DNA of 64,000 nucleotides from a virus. The notes beneath the pieces were generated by a model. The model saw nothing but the letters and a program-made list of their open reading frames with translations, searched no databases and had not been told where the DNA came from. Below, one piece after another: positions 27,443 through 36,686 of this stretch. Both the position numbers and the translations under genes were made by a program. The stretch is taken from the IMG/VR virus record IMGVR_UViG_3300019458_000191, positions 1 to 64,000 of that record; one strand, written 5' to 3'. Position 1 is the first letter of the stretch. Each line of letters begins with the position of its first letter.

Positions 27443-28533
27443 AAAAGATGAATATGAATAAAGTCGATGCAGAATATAATAGATTGGTAGAATTGGTTTT
27501 AAACGAAGGTAAATTAAAGAAAAATAGAACGGGTATTGATACCATAGGTGTATTTGGTGCTCAATCTAAGTTTGATATTAATCTGGATGCATTTCCAATA
27601 TTGACCACCAAAAAAGTATTCTTTAAAGGAATCGTTCATGAACTTTTATGGTTCATTAGTGGTGATAATAACATAAAATATTTAGTGGATAATAACGTTC
27701 ACATTTGGGATGAATGGGCATACGTAAAATTCCAAAAAGATAGTTGGTTGGGAAACAAGGAATATAGACATGAATTTCAAACTCAAGAAAAATTCATTCA
27801 GCGAATAAAGGATTTGGATAAAGATGATTGGTTTGTTAAAAAATTCGGAGACTTAGGCGTGGGAACATACGGTGGAATGTGGAGAGATTTTCCTTATAGT
27901 GATTATTTTCAAGGAGCAGACTTGTCAGTTGAACTAGAATCAAGAGGCATAGACCAATTACAAAAAGTATTAAACAGTCTAAAATATAATCCGGATGATA
28001 GAAGAATGATTGTCAATTCGTGGCACCCATATTGGGTGGATAAATGTGCGTTGCCTCCGTGTCATTGTTTATTTCATTTTAATACAGAAGAATTGACTCA
28101 CCAAGAAATGATAGATGAAGCCTTAAAGATATACATTAATGGTGACAAAGAATACCTCAACGGGTTATCATACAAACAATGTATCGATGATGCTTATATT
28201 CCTAAAAGAAGATTGAATTGTTTGCTATATCAACGTTCGGCTGACTTGGGTTTAGGTATTCCTTTTAATATCACTTCTTATTGTTTATTGACAGCGATGA
28301 TTGCTCACTGTGTAAGAATGGTGTCAGGAACATTTACACATACGTATGGAGACTTACATATTTATAAAAATCATATACCTTTTCTTTCTAAACAGATAAC
28401 CAATTCTGGATATGATTTACCACGTTTACGTATAAACACCAGCAGAAGAAATTTATTTGACTTGGTTTATGAAGACATTCAATTGGAAAATTATGTTTCT
28501 CAACCAACAATAAAGATGGACATCGCAGTATAA
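27415..28533 (+). CDS. thyA: thymidylate synthase
   Basis: RTGIDT, FPILTTKK, ELLWF, IWDEWA, ALPPCH, YQRSADLGLGIPFN, GDLHIY. Confidence 0.97.
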   Translation: MVKEKTLRIKKMNMNKVDAEYNRLVELVLNEGKLKKNRTGIDTIGVFGAQSKFDINLDAFPILTTKKVFFKGIVHELLWFISGDNNIKYLVDNNVHIWDEWAYVKFQKDSWLGNKEYRHEFQTQEKFIQRIKDLDKDDWFVKKFGDLGVGTYGGMWRDFPYSDYFQGADLSVELESRGIDQLQKVLNSLKYNPDDRRMIVNSWHPYWVDKCALPPCHCLFHFNTEELTHQEMIDEALKIYINGDKEYLNGLSYKQCIDDAYIPKRRLNCLLYQRSADLGLGIPFNITSYCLLTAMIAHCVRMVSGTFTHTYGDLHIYKNHIPFLSKQITNSGYDLPRLRINTSRRNLFDLVYEDIQLENYVSQPTIKMDIAV

Positions 28534-28561
28534 ATAAGTGTAATTAATAAAAACAAAATAC

Positions 28562-29743
28562 GTGGTTGTGGAACCCCGTAGATACTTATTATTAATGGAG
28601 TCGGCAAATATGAAAAAAATGAAAAAAGACCTCTTCAAATGCTTAAATAAGTTTAAGACCTTCTTACATCCCCTTCTCAAAAAAACCGAACGATACGAAA
28701 GACAAATAGTTGCATCCCTTCTTATTTTAGTTTTGTCTCTATCTTATCTTTTCTTCTTTGGTGAACCAATGCCTTCCAAAAAATCCGTATTAAAAAAATT
28801 AGATAATGTAACAGTTTTAGTGGAAGTAAAAGGCGGAAGCGGAACAGGAACTTTATTTTCAAGAAAGGATGATAAAGGAAATTTAGTACATTTTGTTTGG
28901 ACATCAGGTCACGTTATTGATGATGCAATGATTGGTCCTGATGAAAATATGAACGTTTCATTCTCTGACATTAAAATATCAAAGATGAATTTAGTAGGTG
29001 ATGCAATGTTAGAGAAAATTTCTTACTCAGCCAAAGTAATAAAGTTTAGTGGAATAAAAGGCGACGATTTGGCTTTATTGGAATTAGTCGATAAAAATAT
29101 ATTTGTAGAAGATGACAGTGTGGAATTTGCTTCTCCGATTTTAGTTGTTCCGGGAACATCTTTATATCATGTAGGATGTATGTATGGTTCTTCTGGATAC
29201 AATTCCGTATCAGAAGGAATGTTAGCAAATAATGGTAGAATGATATACGGAAAAGTTTTTGACCAATCATCAACAACTGTTTTTCCGGGTTCATCGGGCG
29301 GCGGCATATTCAATGAACGTGGTGAATATGTTGGAATGATTACAATGATGCGTGAAGCCAATATGAATTATTTTATTCCCGTTCGTAGAATGATGGTTTG
29401 GGCTCAAGATAATCATTTGGAATGGGCGTTGAATAGAGACATTAGAATGCCGCGGGAGTGGGTAAGGCACAATCAAATGAAAGACGCTGAATTGGATTCC
29501 GAGTTAGAAAGATTTCAATATTTTTCATTTAAACAGTGGAAAAAACAGCAAGATAAACAAAAAGATTTATCAGATCAAATTTCTAAATTAAAAGAAAATT
29601 TGGACTCCTTGAGAAAGGAATTAGGAAGAACGAATATCATTCATCAAGCTAAACCTACAAATTCCGTTCCATCTTTGAGATTCCATTTTTTTGGTCCTAA
29701 CGATGAAGAAGAGGATAGTGATTACGACTGTGGCAGACATTGA
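28562..29743 (+). CDS. membrane-anchored trypsin-like serine protease with C-terminal coiled coil
   Basis: TM helix, TSGHVI (His), DDLALL (Asp), PGSSGGG (Ser). Confidence 0.88.
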   Translation: MVVEPRRYLLLMESANMKKMKKDLFKCLNKFKTFLHPLLKKTERYERQIVASLLILVLSLSYLFFFGEPMPSKKSVLKKLDNVTVLVEVKGGSGTGTLFSRKDDKGNLVHFVWTSGHVIDDAMIGPDENMNVSFSDIKISKMNLVGDAMLEKISYSAKVIKFSGIKGDDLALLELVDKNIFVEDDSVEFASPILVVPGTSLYHVGCMYGSSGYNSVSEGMLANNGRMIYGKVFDQSSTTVFPGSSGGGIFNERGEYVGMITMMREANMNYFIPVRRMMVWAQDNHLEWALNRDIRMPREWVRHNQMKDAELDSELERFQYFSFKQWKKQQDKQKDLSDQISKLKENLDSLRKELGRTNIIHQAKPTNSVPSLRFHFFGPNDEEEDSDYDCGRH

Positions 29744-29772
29744 TTTTTAGAATCTAACTAATAAATACCTCA

Positions 29773-29803
29773 CCCCCGTAGAATGGATTTCTACGGGGGT
29801 TTT
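29773..29803 (+). terminator. intrinsic terminator
   Basis: CCCCCGTAGAA...TTCTACGGGGG-TTTT. Confidence 0.9.
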
Positions 29804-29805
29804 GT

Positions 29806-29834
29806 TTGACAGTGAATAGAGAGTATGTTATATT
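29806..29834 (+). promoter_or_regulatory. sigma70-type promoter, near-leaderless transcript
   Basis: TTGACA-17 nt-TATATT ending 6 nt before the ATG. Confidence 0.7.
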
Positions 29835-29840
29835 ACAATC

Positions 29841-30293
29841 ATGAACGATTACGTACTTTACATTTTAATGAGGAACGACCTTCCTAGTATGAATGTGGGT
29901 AGAGCCGCAGCACAAGCATCTCACGCGTCTAATGCCTTTATTCATTCTTTTGGTAAACGAAATGATGTCAAAAAGTGGCAAAAACAAACATCACAAGGAT
30001 TCGGAACGGCTATCGTATTGTCAGCCGACAAAAAAACAATTCAATTCACCATAGATAATATTAATAAATGCAAAGATTGTCCGATTTCTTGGGTCACTGA
30101 CCCTGAATACGGTATGCCTGTAACAAAAGAAATATGGGAACATATTTCAATAGAATTACAGTCTGCTCAGCCCGTTGTTAAAGAAGATGGAATGGTGGTT
30201 TGGTTTAGAAAAGAAGATACTTGTGCATATATCTTTGGTAGTAAAGAAGACCTATTACCATTCTTAGGAGAACTACCATTATGGCCAAATTAA
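29841..30293 (+). CDS. peptidyl-tRNA hydrolase Pth2-like protein
   Basis: YILMRNDLPSMNVGRAAAQASHA...VTDP...TCAYIFG...LGELPL. Confidence 0.7.
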   Translation: MNDYVLYILMRNDLPSMNVGRAAAQASHASNAFIHSFGKRNDVKKWQKQTSQGFGTAIVLSADKKTIQFTIDNINKCKDCPISWVTDPEYGMPVTKEIWEHISIELQSAQPVVKEDGMVVWFRKEDTCAYIFGSKEDLLPFLGELPLWPN

Positions 30294-30499
30294 AGAATTT
30301 TCTAATTCTTTTGTTTTTCAATTACTATACAATAGGAATAGCATTCCTAATATTTATTTTTGTTGCTATAAAAACAGGAAAACATATAAATTACAATCTC
30401 TTTTATTCCTCACATGTTGAGGAAAGGGTAAAACCGTTAGAAAAAAGAATAGAAAGATTAGAGTCGTTGATGACAAATGGGCCAATTCGATTACAATAA
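30281..30499 (+). CDS. small membrane protein
   Basis: TM helix followed by coiled coil. Confidence 0.55.
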   Translation: MAKLKNFLILLFFNYYTIGIAFLIFIFVAIKTGKHINYNLFYSSHVEERVKPLEKRIERLESLMTNGPIRLQ

Positions 30500-30920
30500 A
30501 AAAAGATACTGGTATCATTTATCCTACAATTTTTCTACGCCAGAAATCGAAATCTTTCCTTGGGATAATTGGAGGCGCCGGGCAGGCTCAGAACCAAGTG
30601 GCAATCGTCTTTGTGTTTGTCCTTCTGTGGCCCATTGTTTAACGGCTTTACCACATAGACCACTTTATCATATTTATCGAACATTCTCCAAAATAATTGC
30701 AGAAGAACCAGAAGGAGTTTATGATTCTGAAGTAACTAAAGAAGCATGGATTGTTAAAAAAATAAAACTCAAAAAAATAGGTTTTATAGATTTGGATAAA
30801 ATTTCAGAAGAGTTAGGATGGCGACCAATAGAAGCTGCAGTGGTTCCAAGAATCGATTGGTCCAGACGAGCATTAAAAGAATGGAATCAAATAAGCAATT
30901 TATATATGGATGTATGTTAG
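30477..30920 (+). CDS. hypothetical protein
   Basis: WYHLS...EPSGNRLCVCPSVAHCL...DSEVTKEAW (H-S-E-like pattern, weakly ART-like). Confidence 0.6.
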   Translation: MGQFDYNKKRYWYHLSYNFSTPEIEIFPWDNWRRRAGSEPSGNRLCVCPSVAHCLTALPHRPLYHIYRTFSKIIAEEPEGVYDSEVTKEAWIVKKIKLKKIGFIDLDKISEELGWRPIEAAVVPRIDWSRRALKEWNQISNLYMDVC

Positions 30921-31116
30921 ACCCAAACCACAAATTATTAAAATTATTTAGAGACGGTAGAAATGGATTTTTCTTTCTAATCGGAAGTATGTTATTGGCT
31001 AGGTTTACTTTTCTTGTCGGTATCTTACCTGACATTAAATGGATGATACTGTGGGATTTAATTACCTACTTGACTTCTTTTATTTGGGGTGTATATTTAG
31101 TCCTTAGAACAATTAA

Positions 31117-32271
31117 ATGAACGTTATGAAACAACTCCCTACTCTATTTGCCCGTGGAAACAATGGTAAAGTTCTTGAATGGTCCGTAGAAGTTCAAGGT
31201 AACAAATACCGATTTATTACTGGTGCACAGGGATTTAAGCAAGTTACTTCTGAATGGTCTGTAGCAGAACCAAAGAATGTTGGCCGAACGAACGCAACCA
31301 CTGCCGAAGAACAAGCCTTTTCTGAAGCTAAATCTCATTGGGAAAAGAAAATCAAGAGAAATGGATATTGGGAAAACATTGGCGATATCGACAAGACTAC
31401 TTTTGTTGAACCGATGTTGGCTAAAAACTTAAAAGATAGAATTGATAAGATTGATTGGAATGAAGGTGTTCTGGTACAGAACAAGTTTAATGGATTTCGG
31501 TGTGTAGCAACTTTTGATGGAGAAAATGTAGTATTAAAATCAAGGAAAGGAGAATTATACGTTTCTGTACCTCATATTAATATCGATCTAAAAAAGTTTT
31601 TTGAAACATATCCTGACGCAATACTGGACGGAGAATTGTTTAATAACGATTTGAGACAAAATTTAAATGAAATATCTAAACTTGTTCGTAAAACTAAAAA
31701 CATTACGGATGAAGATTTACTACGAAGTGAAAAATTAGTTAGATTTTTTGTTTATGATGGATACAATATGACAAGTGACTTGGGACCAGAAGTCGGTTAT
31801 ATTATTAGAAAACAATGGATAGATGATGTTCTCCCAAAATTTTCTAAATTTTATCATCCCGTTAAAACCTTAATAGCTCACTCAATAAATGAAGTAGATT
31901 CTATTTTTGGAGAATATGTAAAGGATTGTCAAGAAGGTGTTATTGTCAGAATTCCGAATTCTTCTTATGAGAATAAACGTTCATCATCCTTGCTCAAATA
32001 TAAACCCATCGACGATGCTGAAGCCACCATTATTGATATTAAAGAAGGAACGGGAAATTGGTCCGGAACAGGAAAAATAATTACACTTCAATGGGAAGGA
32101 AAGTCATTTGATGCGACGTTTAAAGGAACGTATGAAGAAGGCGTCGAGTTTTTGAAAAATAAAAAGAAGTGGATAGGTAAAGAAGTAAAATTCATTTACA
32201 ATTCTCTTACTGGTTTGGGAATACCTAACTATGCGAGGGTGGATATTAATAATTGCACTCCTGAAAAGTAA
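31117..32271 (+). CDS. lig: ATP-dependent DNA ligase
   Basis: PMLA, QNKFNGFRC (motif I), LDGEL, VYD, EGVIVR, KRSSSLLKYK. Confidence 0.93.
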   Translation: MNVMKQLPTLFARGNNGKVLEWSVEVQGNKYRFITGAQGFKQVTSEWSVAEPKNVGRTNATTAEEQAFSEAKSHWEKKIKRNGYWENIGDIDKTTFVEPMLAKNLKDRIDKIDWNEGVLVQNKFNGFRCVATFDGENVVLKSRKGELYVSVPHINIDLKKFFETYPDAILDGELFNNDLRQNLNEISKLVRKTKNITDEDLLRSEKLVRFFVYDGYNMTSDLGPEVGYIIRKQWIDDVLPKFSKFYHPVKTLIAHSINEVDSIFGEYVKDCQEGVIVRIPNSSYENKRSSSLLKYKPIDDAEATIIDIKEGTGNWSGTGKIITLQWEGKSFDATFKGTYEEGVEFLKNKKKWIGKEVKFIYNSLTGLGIPNYARVDINNCTPEK

Positions 32272-32400
32272 TTGGTTATAATGAATTTAATCCCTTGTCT
32301 TTCAAACATCTACGCTTGGAGAGAATGGAATAAATTTAAAGATTGACATTTTACTGTTTTGTGGTAATTTTCATTTGAGAGATTTTATCCAAAAGAGTTT

Positions 32401-33033
32401 ATGTATATTGCTTTAGACAACGAAATGGGTGGAGTAACCTTAGATTACTCGTTACTAACAACTTATCTAGTTGTTTTAGATGAAAATTTAAACAAAGTAG
32501 ATGAATTGGAACTGGCCTTAAAACCCAACGACGGTATCTATCGTGTTTGTGGACGTGCAATGGAAGTTAATAAAATTGATTTGAAAGAACACGACAAAGT
32601 TGCCATCTACTACAAAGAAGCTGGTAGCCTACTGTATCAATTTTTAAATAAAAATGCCTCGACCTCTCGAATTCCTTTGGTTCCCGGTGTAGGAAAAATT
32701 AATCGATTGACTCCAATCGGTCATGGGATTTATGGAGATATTGCATTCTTGACTCACTATCTAATGAAAGAAGAAACTTGGGAAACATTCGTTTCTTATA
32801 GAAAATTAGATACCCAAGCTGTGGCACAATTTTTGAAAGCTTGTGGAAAAATTCCTGATACGGTGTCTGGAAGTTTGGAATCTTTAGCAAAACATTTTGA
32901 AATAATTACTGAAGGAGCCAATGGAAATGTTTCTTATGTCGGTCTATATGATTGTATCGTTAGTTTACATAATGCCAAAGTAGATACTATGTTAACGGTT
33001 GAAGTGTTCAAGAAAATGAAGGAACTTATTTAA
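32401..33033 (+). CDS. DEDDh 3'-5' exonuclease
   Basis: ALDNEMGG, GHGIYGDIAFL, LDTQ, LHNAKVD. Confidence 0.85.
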   Translation: MYIALDNEMGGVTLDYSLLTTYLVVLDENLNKVDELELALKPNDGIYRVCGRAMEVNKIDLKEHDKVAIYYKEAGSLLYQFLNKNASTSRIPLVPGVGKINRLTPIGHGIYGDIAFLTHYLMKEETWETFVSYRKLDTQAVAQFLKACGKIPDTVSGSLESLAKHFEIITEGANGNVSYVGLYDCIVSLHNAKVDTMLTVEVFKKMKELI

Positions 33034-33707
33034 TGATTAATACATTAAAAATTAAGGAAACAGAAGACAGAAAAGTTTATGTATCTTCGGATACTCACTT
33101 TAATCACGATCGAGAATTTATTTGGGGAGTCCGGGGATATATAAACAACCAAGACCATACTGATTCTATCATAAATGACATAAATTCTTTGGTTAGACCA
33201 CAAGATGTTCTAATTCATTGTGGAGATTTTTGTTTAAATACAACACGAGAAATGCTAGATTCTGTATTGGATAGAATCCACTGTCAGACAATTTATTATA
33301 TTTGGGGAAATCATAATAATCCTCTTCAAAAAGTTTACAATGAATTGTGTGTTAAATTATTGCCTCAATGTGAATCGGATTTTCCAATCACGGAAATTTA
33401 TCCGTTAAGATATAAAAATCTAGTTTTTGTTGGAAATTATCTTGAAGCCTTTATCAATGGTAGAGCATACGTTTTTTGTCATTATCCAATTTACGTATGG
33501 AATAATGTGAAAGATGGAGTAATTCATTGTTGTGGACATTCTCATTACACTCTTCCATTGTCTCAGGCCGAAGATTTAACAGCGAAAATTTTAGATGTTG
33601 GTTGGGATGGTTTTAAACAACCATACTCTCCGAAGGAAATTCTCGCCATTTGTGAAAAAAAGGGATTACAAAAGGTTGACCACCATAAATTCAAAAATAA
33701 GGTTTAA
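33033..33707 (+). CDS. calcineurin-like metallophosphoesterase
   Basis: SDTHFNH, GDF, GNHN, CHYP, GHSH. Confidence 0.9.
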   Translation: MINTLKIKETEDRKVYVSSDTHFNHDREFIWGVRGYINNQDHTDSIINDINSLVRPQDVLIHCGDFCLNTTREMLDSVLDRIHCQTIYYIWGNHNNPLQKVYNELCVKLLPQCESDFPITEIYPLRYKNLVFVGNYLEAFINGRAYVFCHYPIYVWNNVKDGVIHCCGHSHYTLPLSQAEDLTAKILDVGWDGFKQPYSPKEILAICEKKGLQKVDHHKFKNKV

Positions 33708-33710
33708 TAT

Positions 33711-33941
33711 ATGACTACAAATACAACATTTGAACAAACTTGTTTGTCCGCAGCAGAAGAAATTACTAAATTATTAGACGTATTGGGATTTACTTCTGAT
33801 GAATCACATACTGATGTAAAAGAAAGAATTGCTGAAATCATCAGTCGTAATGTTCAATTAGATTCCGTTACATCTCTTGAACAATCTTCTTTGTCTGTAG
33901 AAGAACGTTCTCCGTTGTTAAAAGACGAAGTGCCATTTTAA
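33711..33941 (+). CDS. small hypothetical protein
   Basis: ORF. Confidence 0.55.
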   Translation: MTTNTTFEQTCLSAAEEITKLLDVLGFTSDESHTDVKERIAEIISRNVQLDSVTSLEQSSLSVEERSPLLKDEVPF

Positions 33942-33945
33942 ATCA

Positions 33946-34497
33946 ATGTACAATACATTAGTTTGTAATTTTCTTGGTGGACCTGGTACCGGAAAATCAA
34001 CAATGGCTGGAAGTGTATATTCCGAACTTAAATGGAGAGGAATAGAAACAGAAATAGTTTTTGAATTTGCGAAGGAATTAGTTTGGGAAAAGAGAACAGA
34101 AACATTCAAAGACCAAATTTATATATTCGGTGAACAATATCACAGAATCTTTAGGCTGTTGAATCAAGTCGAAGTCATTGTAGTCGATAGTCCATTACTT
34201 CTTACTCCAATTTATGACCAAGAACATAGGTCTAATCTTGAGAGTCTTTCCGTAAATGAATTCAATAGATTTAATAACTATAATATTTTCATTTCTAGGG
34301 AAAAGCCATACAATCCTAATGGAAGAAATCAAGATGAAAATGGAGCCATAGAAAAAGATTGTGAAATTCTTAGATTATTAAATCGGTATAATGTTCAATT
34401 TGATGTTCTTCCCGGAAGAAGAGATAGTATTATTCCAATTTGTGACAGAATTACCACTCAATTGCTTCCAACTTTATCCAGAATACATCATGAATAA
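33946..34497 (+). CDS. NadR-kinase-like P-loop protein (AAA_28)
   Basis: GGPGTGKST, EFAKEL, VDSPLL, YNPNGRNQ. Confidence 0.8.
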   Translation: MYNTLVCNFLGGPGTGKSTMAGSVYSELKWRGIETEIVFEFAKELVWEKRTETFKDQIYIFGEQYHRIFRLLNQVEVIVVDSPLLLTPIYDQEHRSNLESLSVNEFNRFNNYNIFISREKPYNPNGRNQDENGAIEKDCEILRLLNRYNVQFDVLPGRRDSIIPICDRITTQLLPTLSRIHHE

Positions 34498-35170
34498 TTA
34501 TATGGATATAAAAGTCAGGGAACATGGCGGAATTATTTACGTAACGGCCCCAAATCAATACATTTTATGCGATACATTCATGAGAATGCAAGAATTCTAT
34601 GAATCTCCGATACCATGTCTTCGTGGAAATTATTTCGCCGAAGAAACATTCAGAGACGAATACGCAAAGAAGTTTCAGAAGTTTAATTACCATACTACAT
34701 GGGTTGGATTTAATGTTCCCGGAAATATAGTTAAGGAATTTTACAAAAAATTTCATGATTTATCCATGAAAGAACAAGTCTTAAAGAATCTTCTAAAACC
34801 ATTTCTAAAATCCAATAAAAAATTCTACATCATTGGAACAATAGAAAGTGATAGGGAAGGTACCCTTGAACATGAAATTGCTCATGCTAGATATTATTTG
34901 AATCGAAGTTATCGACTCGCACAAAACAAAGTTTTTCGGTCGATGCCAAGATATATTCAAGAATATTTCATCAATGCGTTAATACAAATGAAATATGATA
35001 AATCGGTGGGTATTGATGAAACTCAGGCATATCTCTGTTCAACTTTGGATTTGTGGTATTTGAAGAAAAATTTTAGAGTCAAAGAAATGTCATGGATAAG
35101 AAACAAATTGATTCACCTTCGTTCCCTCCCTTATCTATTCAAATTTCGGAAAAATTTTCCGAGATTGTAA
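34490..35170 (+). CDS. hypothetical HExxH protein
   Basis: FMRMQEFYESP, GFNVPG, HEIAHA, DETQAY; ATG at 34490 overlaps the upstream stop. Confidence 0.65.
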   Translation: MNNYMDIKVREHGGIIYVTAPNQYILCDTFMRMQEFYESPIPCLRGNYFAEETFRDEYAKKFQKFNYHTTWVGFNVPGNIVKEFYKKFHDLSMKEQVLKNLLKPFLKSNKKFYIIGTIESDREGTLEHEIAHARYYLNRSYRLAQNKVFRSMPRYIQEYFINALIQMKYDKSVGIDETQAYLCSTLDLWYLKKNFRVKEMSWIRNKLIHLRSLPYLFKFRKNFPRL

Positions 35171-35194
35171 TTAGTTAAATATATTTATAAGAGT

Positions 35195-35785
35195 ATGAGA
35201 AATGCTTGTATTCTTATCATATCCTTTATATTCATTATAACTGGATGTTCCATCAGACATTACAAAACCATGTCTCAATCATTTCAATTGGGCGTTCCTA
35301 TTTTACAAACTACCAATCAAGTTAAATATGTAGAATTGACTTATGAAAAGGTCGAAACTTTCATGGCTTCTTCTGGAATCAATACAACATTAAAAAATAC
35401 ATCCGATCAACACTTTTTAGCTGTAGATGAAAATTGGATAACAAACACAGTGATCACAGAGTATAAACAATTCTTAAAAGATTTAAATCTGGAAAATAAA
35501 TATGAATCCGAAGTAAATGATTGTGACGATTATTCTCGTACATTTACATTTTTTTGTAAAATAAAATCTCGAAGAACCAATGATTTTAGATATAGCATGG
35601 CCGTTGCTGACGTGTTTTATCACGTTGCAGGAAACAAAAGAAATCCCCATGCAATAAATGGAATCATTGTATTGACAAGCGAAGGAAAGTTAAAATTGGT
35701 TTATATCGAACCACAAACCGGAATCATTTTCGCTGAATCCGAAAAATCAAATATATCAAAGAATGTTTATTTCTGGTCTATGTGA
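35195..35785 (+). CDS. lipoprotein with transglutaminase/papain-like Cys-His motif
   Basis: Lipobox ITGC; NDCDDYS, HAIN, IEPQTG. Confidence 0.7.
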   Translation: MRNACILIISFIFIITGCSIRHYKTMSQSFQLGVPILQTTNQVKYVELTYEKVETFMASSGINTTLKNTSDQHFLAVDENWITNTVITEYKQFLKDLNLENKYESEVNDCDDYSRTFTFFCKIKSRRTNDFRYSMAVADVFYHVAGNKRNPHAINGIIVLTSEGKLKLVYIEPQTGIIFAESEKSNISKNVYFWSM

Positions 35786-35790
35786 CCTAA

Positions 35791-35819
35791 TTGACAAAAC
35801 GGTTATGTTATGTCATAAT
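35791..35819 (+). promoter_or_regulatory. sigma70-type promoter
   Basis: TTGACA-17 nt-CATAAT. Confidence 0.6.
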
Positions 35820-35826
35820 ACAGTAT

Positions 35827-36267
35827 ATGATGACGCAAATCCTACTTCATTTGATAGGTGATTACTGGCTTCAATCCGATTGGATGGCCTTAAACAAATC
35901 AAAAAAGACATTGAATTGCCTTGTTCACTGTTTAATTTATACTTCTTTGTTTTTGTTTCTGACTACATCGGTTTGGGCACTATTATTCATCTTTCTGACA
36001 CACTTTCTAATTGATAGATTTCCAATTATCGTAAGAAAATTAATTTATTGGAAAAATCATTTTCCGAAGGGTTATCCAAGATGGGAACTGTGTGCTACAA
36101 CGGGATATTATGATGATTCTCCATACAATCCCATGAAACCTTCTTCTGATATTATTAAGAAAATAGGGCCACCACGACATTTCTTTATTACTGTTTGGTT
36201 ATATATTGTTTCCGATAATGCACTTCATTTGCTTTGTAATTTCTTGGTATTAACTTATCTTGTATGA
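35827..36267 (+). CDS. DUF3307 membrane protein
   Basis: HLIGDYWLQSDWMA...HCLIY...THFLID...DNALH. Confidence 0.85.
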   Translation: MMTQILLHLIGDYWLQSDWMALNKSKKTLNCLVHCLIYTSLFLFLTTSVWALLFIFLTHFLIDRFPIIVRKLIYWKNHFPKGYPRWELCATTGYYDDSPYNPMKPSSDIIKKIGPPRHFFITVWLYIVSDNALHLLCNFLVLTYLV

Positions 36268-36611
36268 CTGAAGGTTATTACAATCATAATATTGACCCAA
36301 TTTTTGAAGCCATACGGATTTTATCCAGTAGGCATTATTTAGATGATGGAAAAACCCTTGTATCATCTAAGCTTTGGGGGAAAACTCTCTTTGAAGGTAA
36401 ATTGCGGTCAGAACGATGGTGGCAAAATAGGTTGGATAAACTGAAAGAAGACCGTTCCAAAGAGCCAACGATTGAATTATCCCTCGGACCTGAATCAGAA
36501 CTTGTTGATTTTCCAACACCTTACGAAGTGGAATTTGACCTTCCAAATAAGATAGATTGTACCTCGTATTTTTCTTGGTTGGAACGAAAGAAATCCTTTG
36601 ACAAGATATAA
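36264..36611 (+). CDS. hypothetical protein
   Basis: ORF with ATGA overlap. Confidence 0.55.
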   Translation: MTEGYYNHNIDPIFEAIRILSSRHYLDDGKTLVSSKLWGKTLFEGKLRSERWWQNRLDKLKEDRSKEPTIELSLGPESELVDFPTPYEVEFDLPNKIDCTSYFSWLERKKSFDKI

Positions 36612-36686
36612 AAAGGTGGTATCCTATACTCACAATCGATTTGAACGCTCGATTGAGAAACAAAAACAATAAACGCCCGAATAAAA

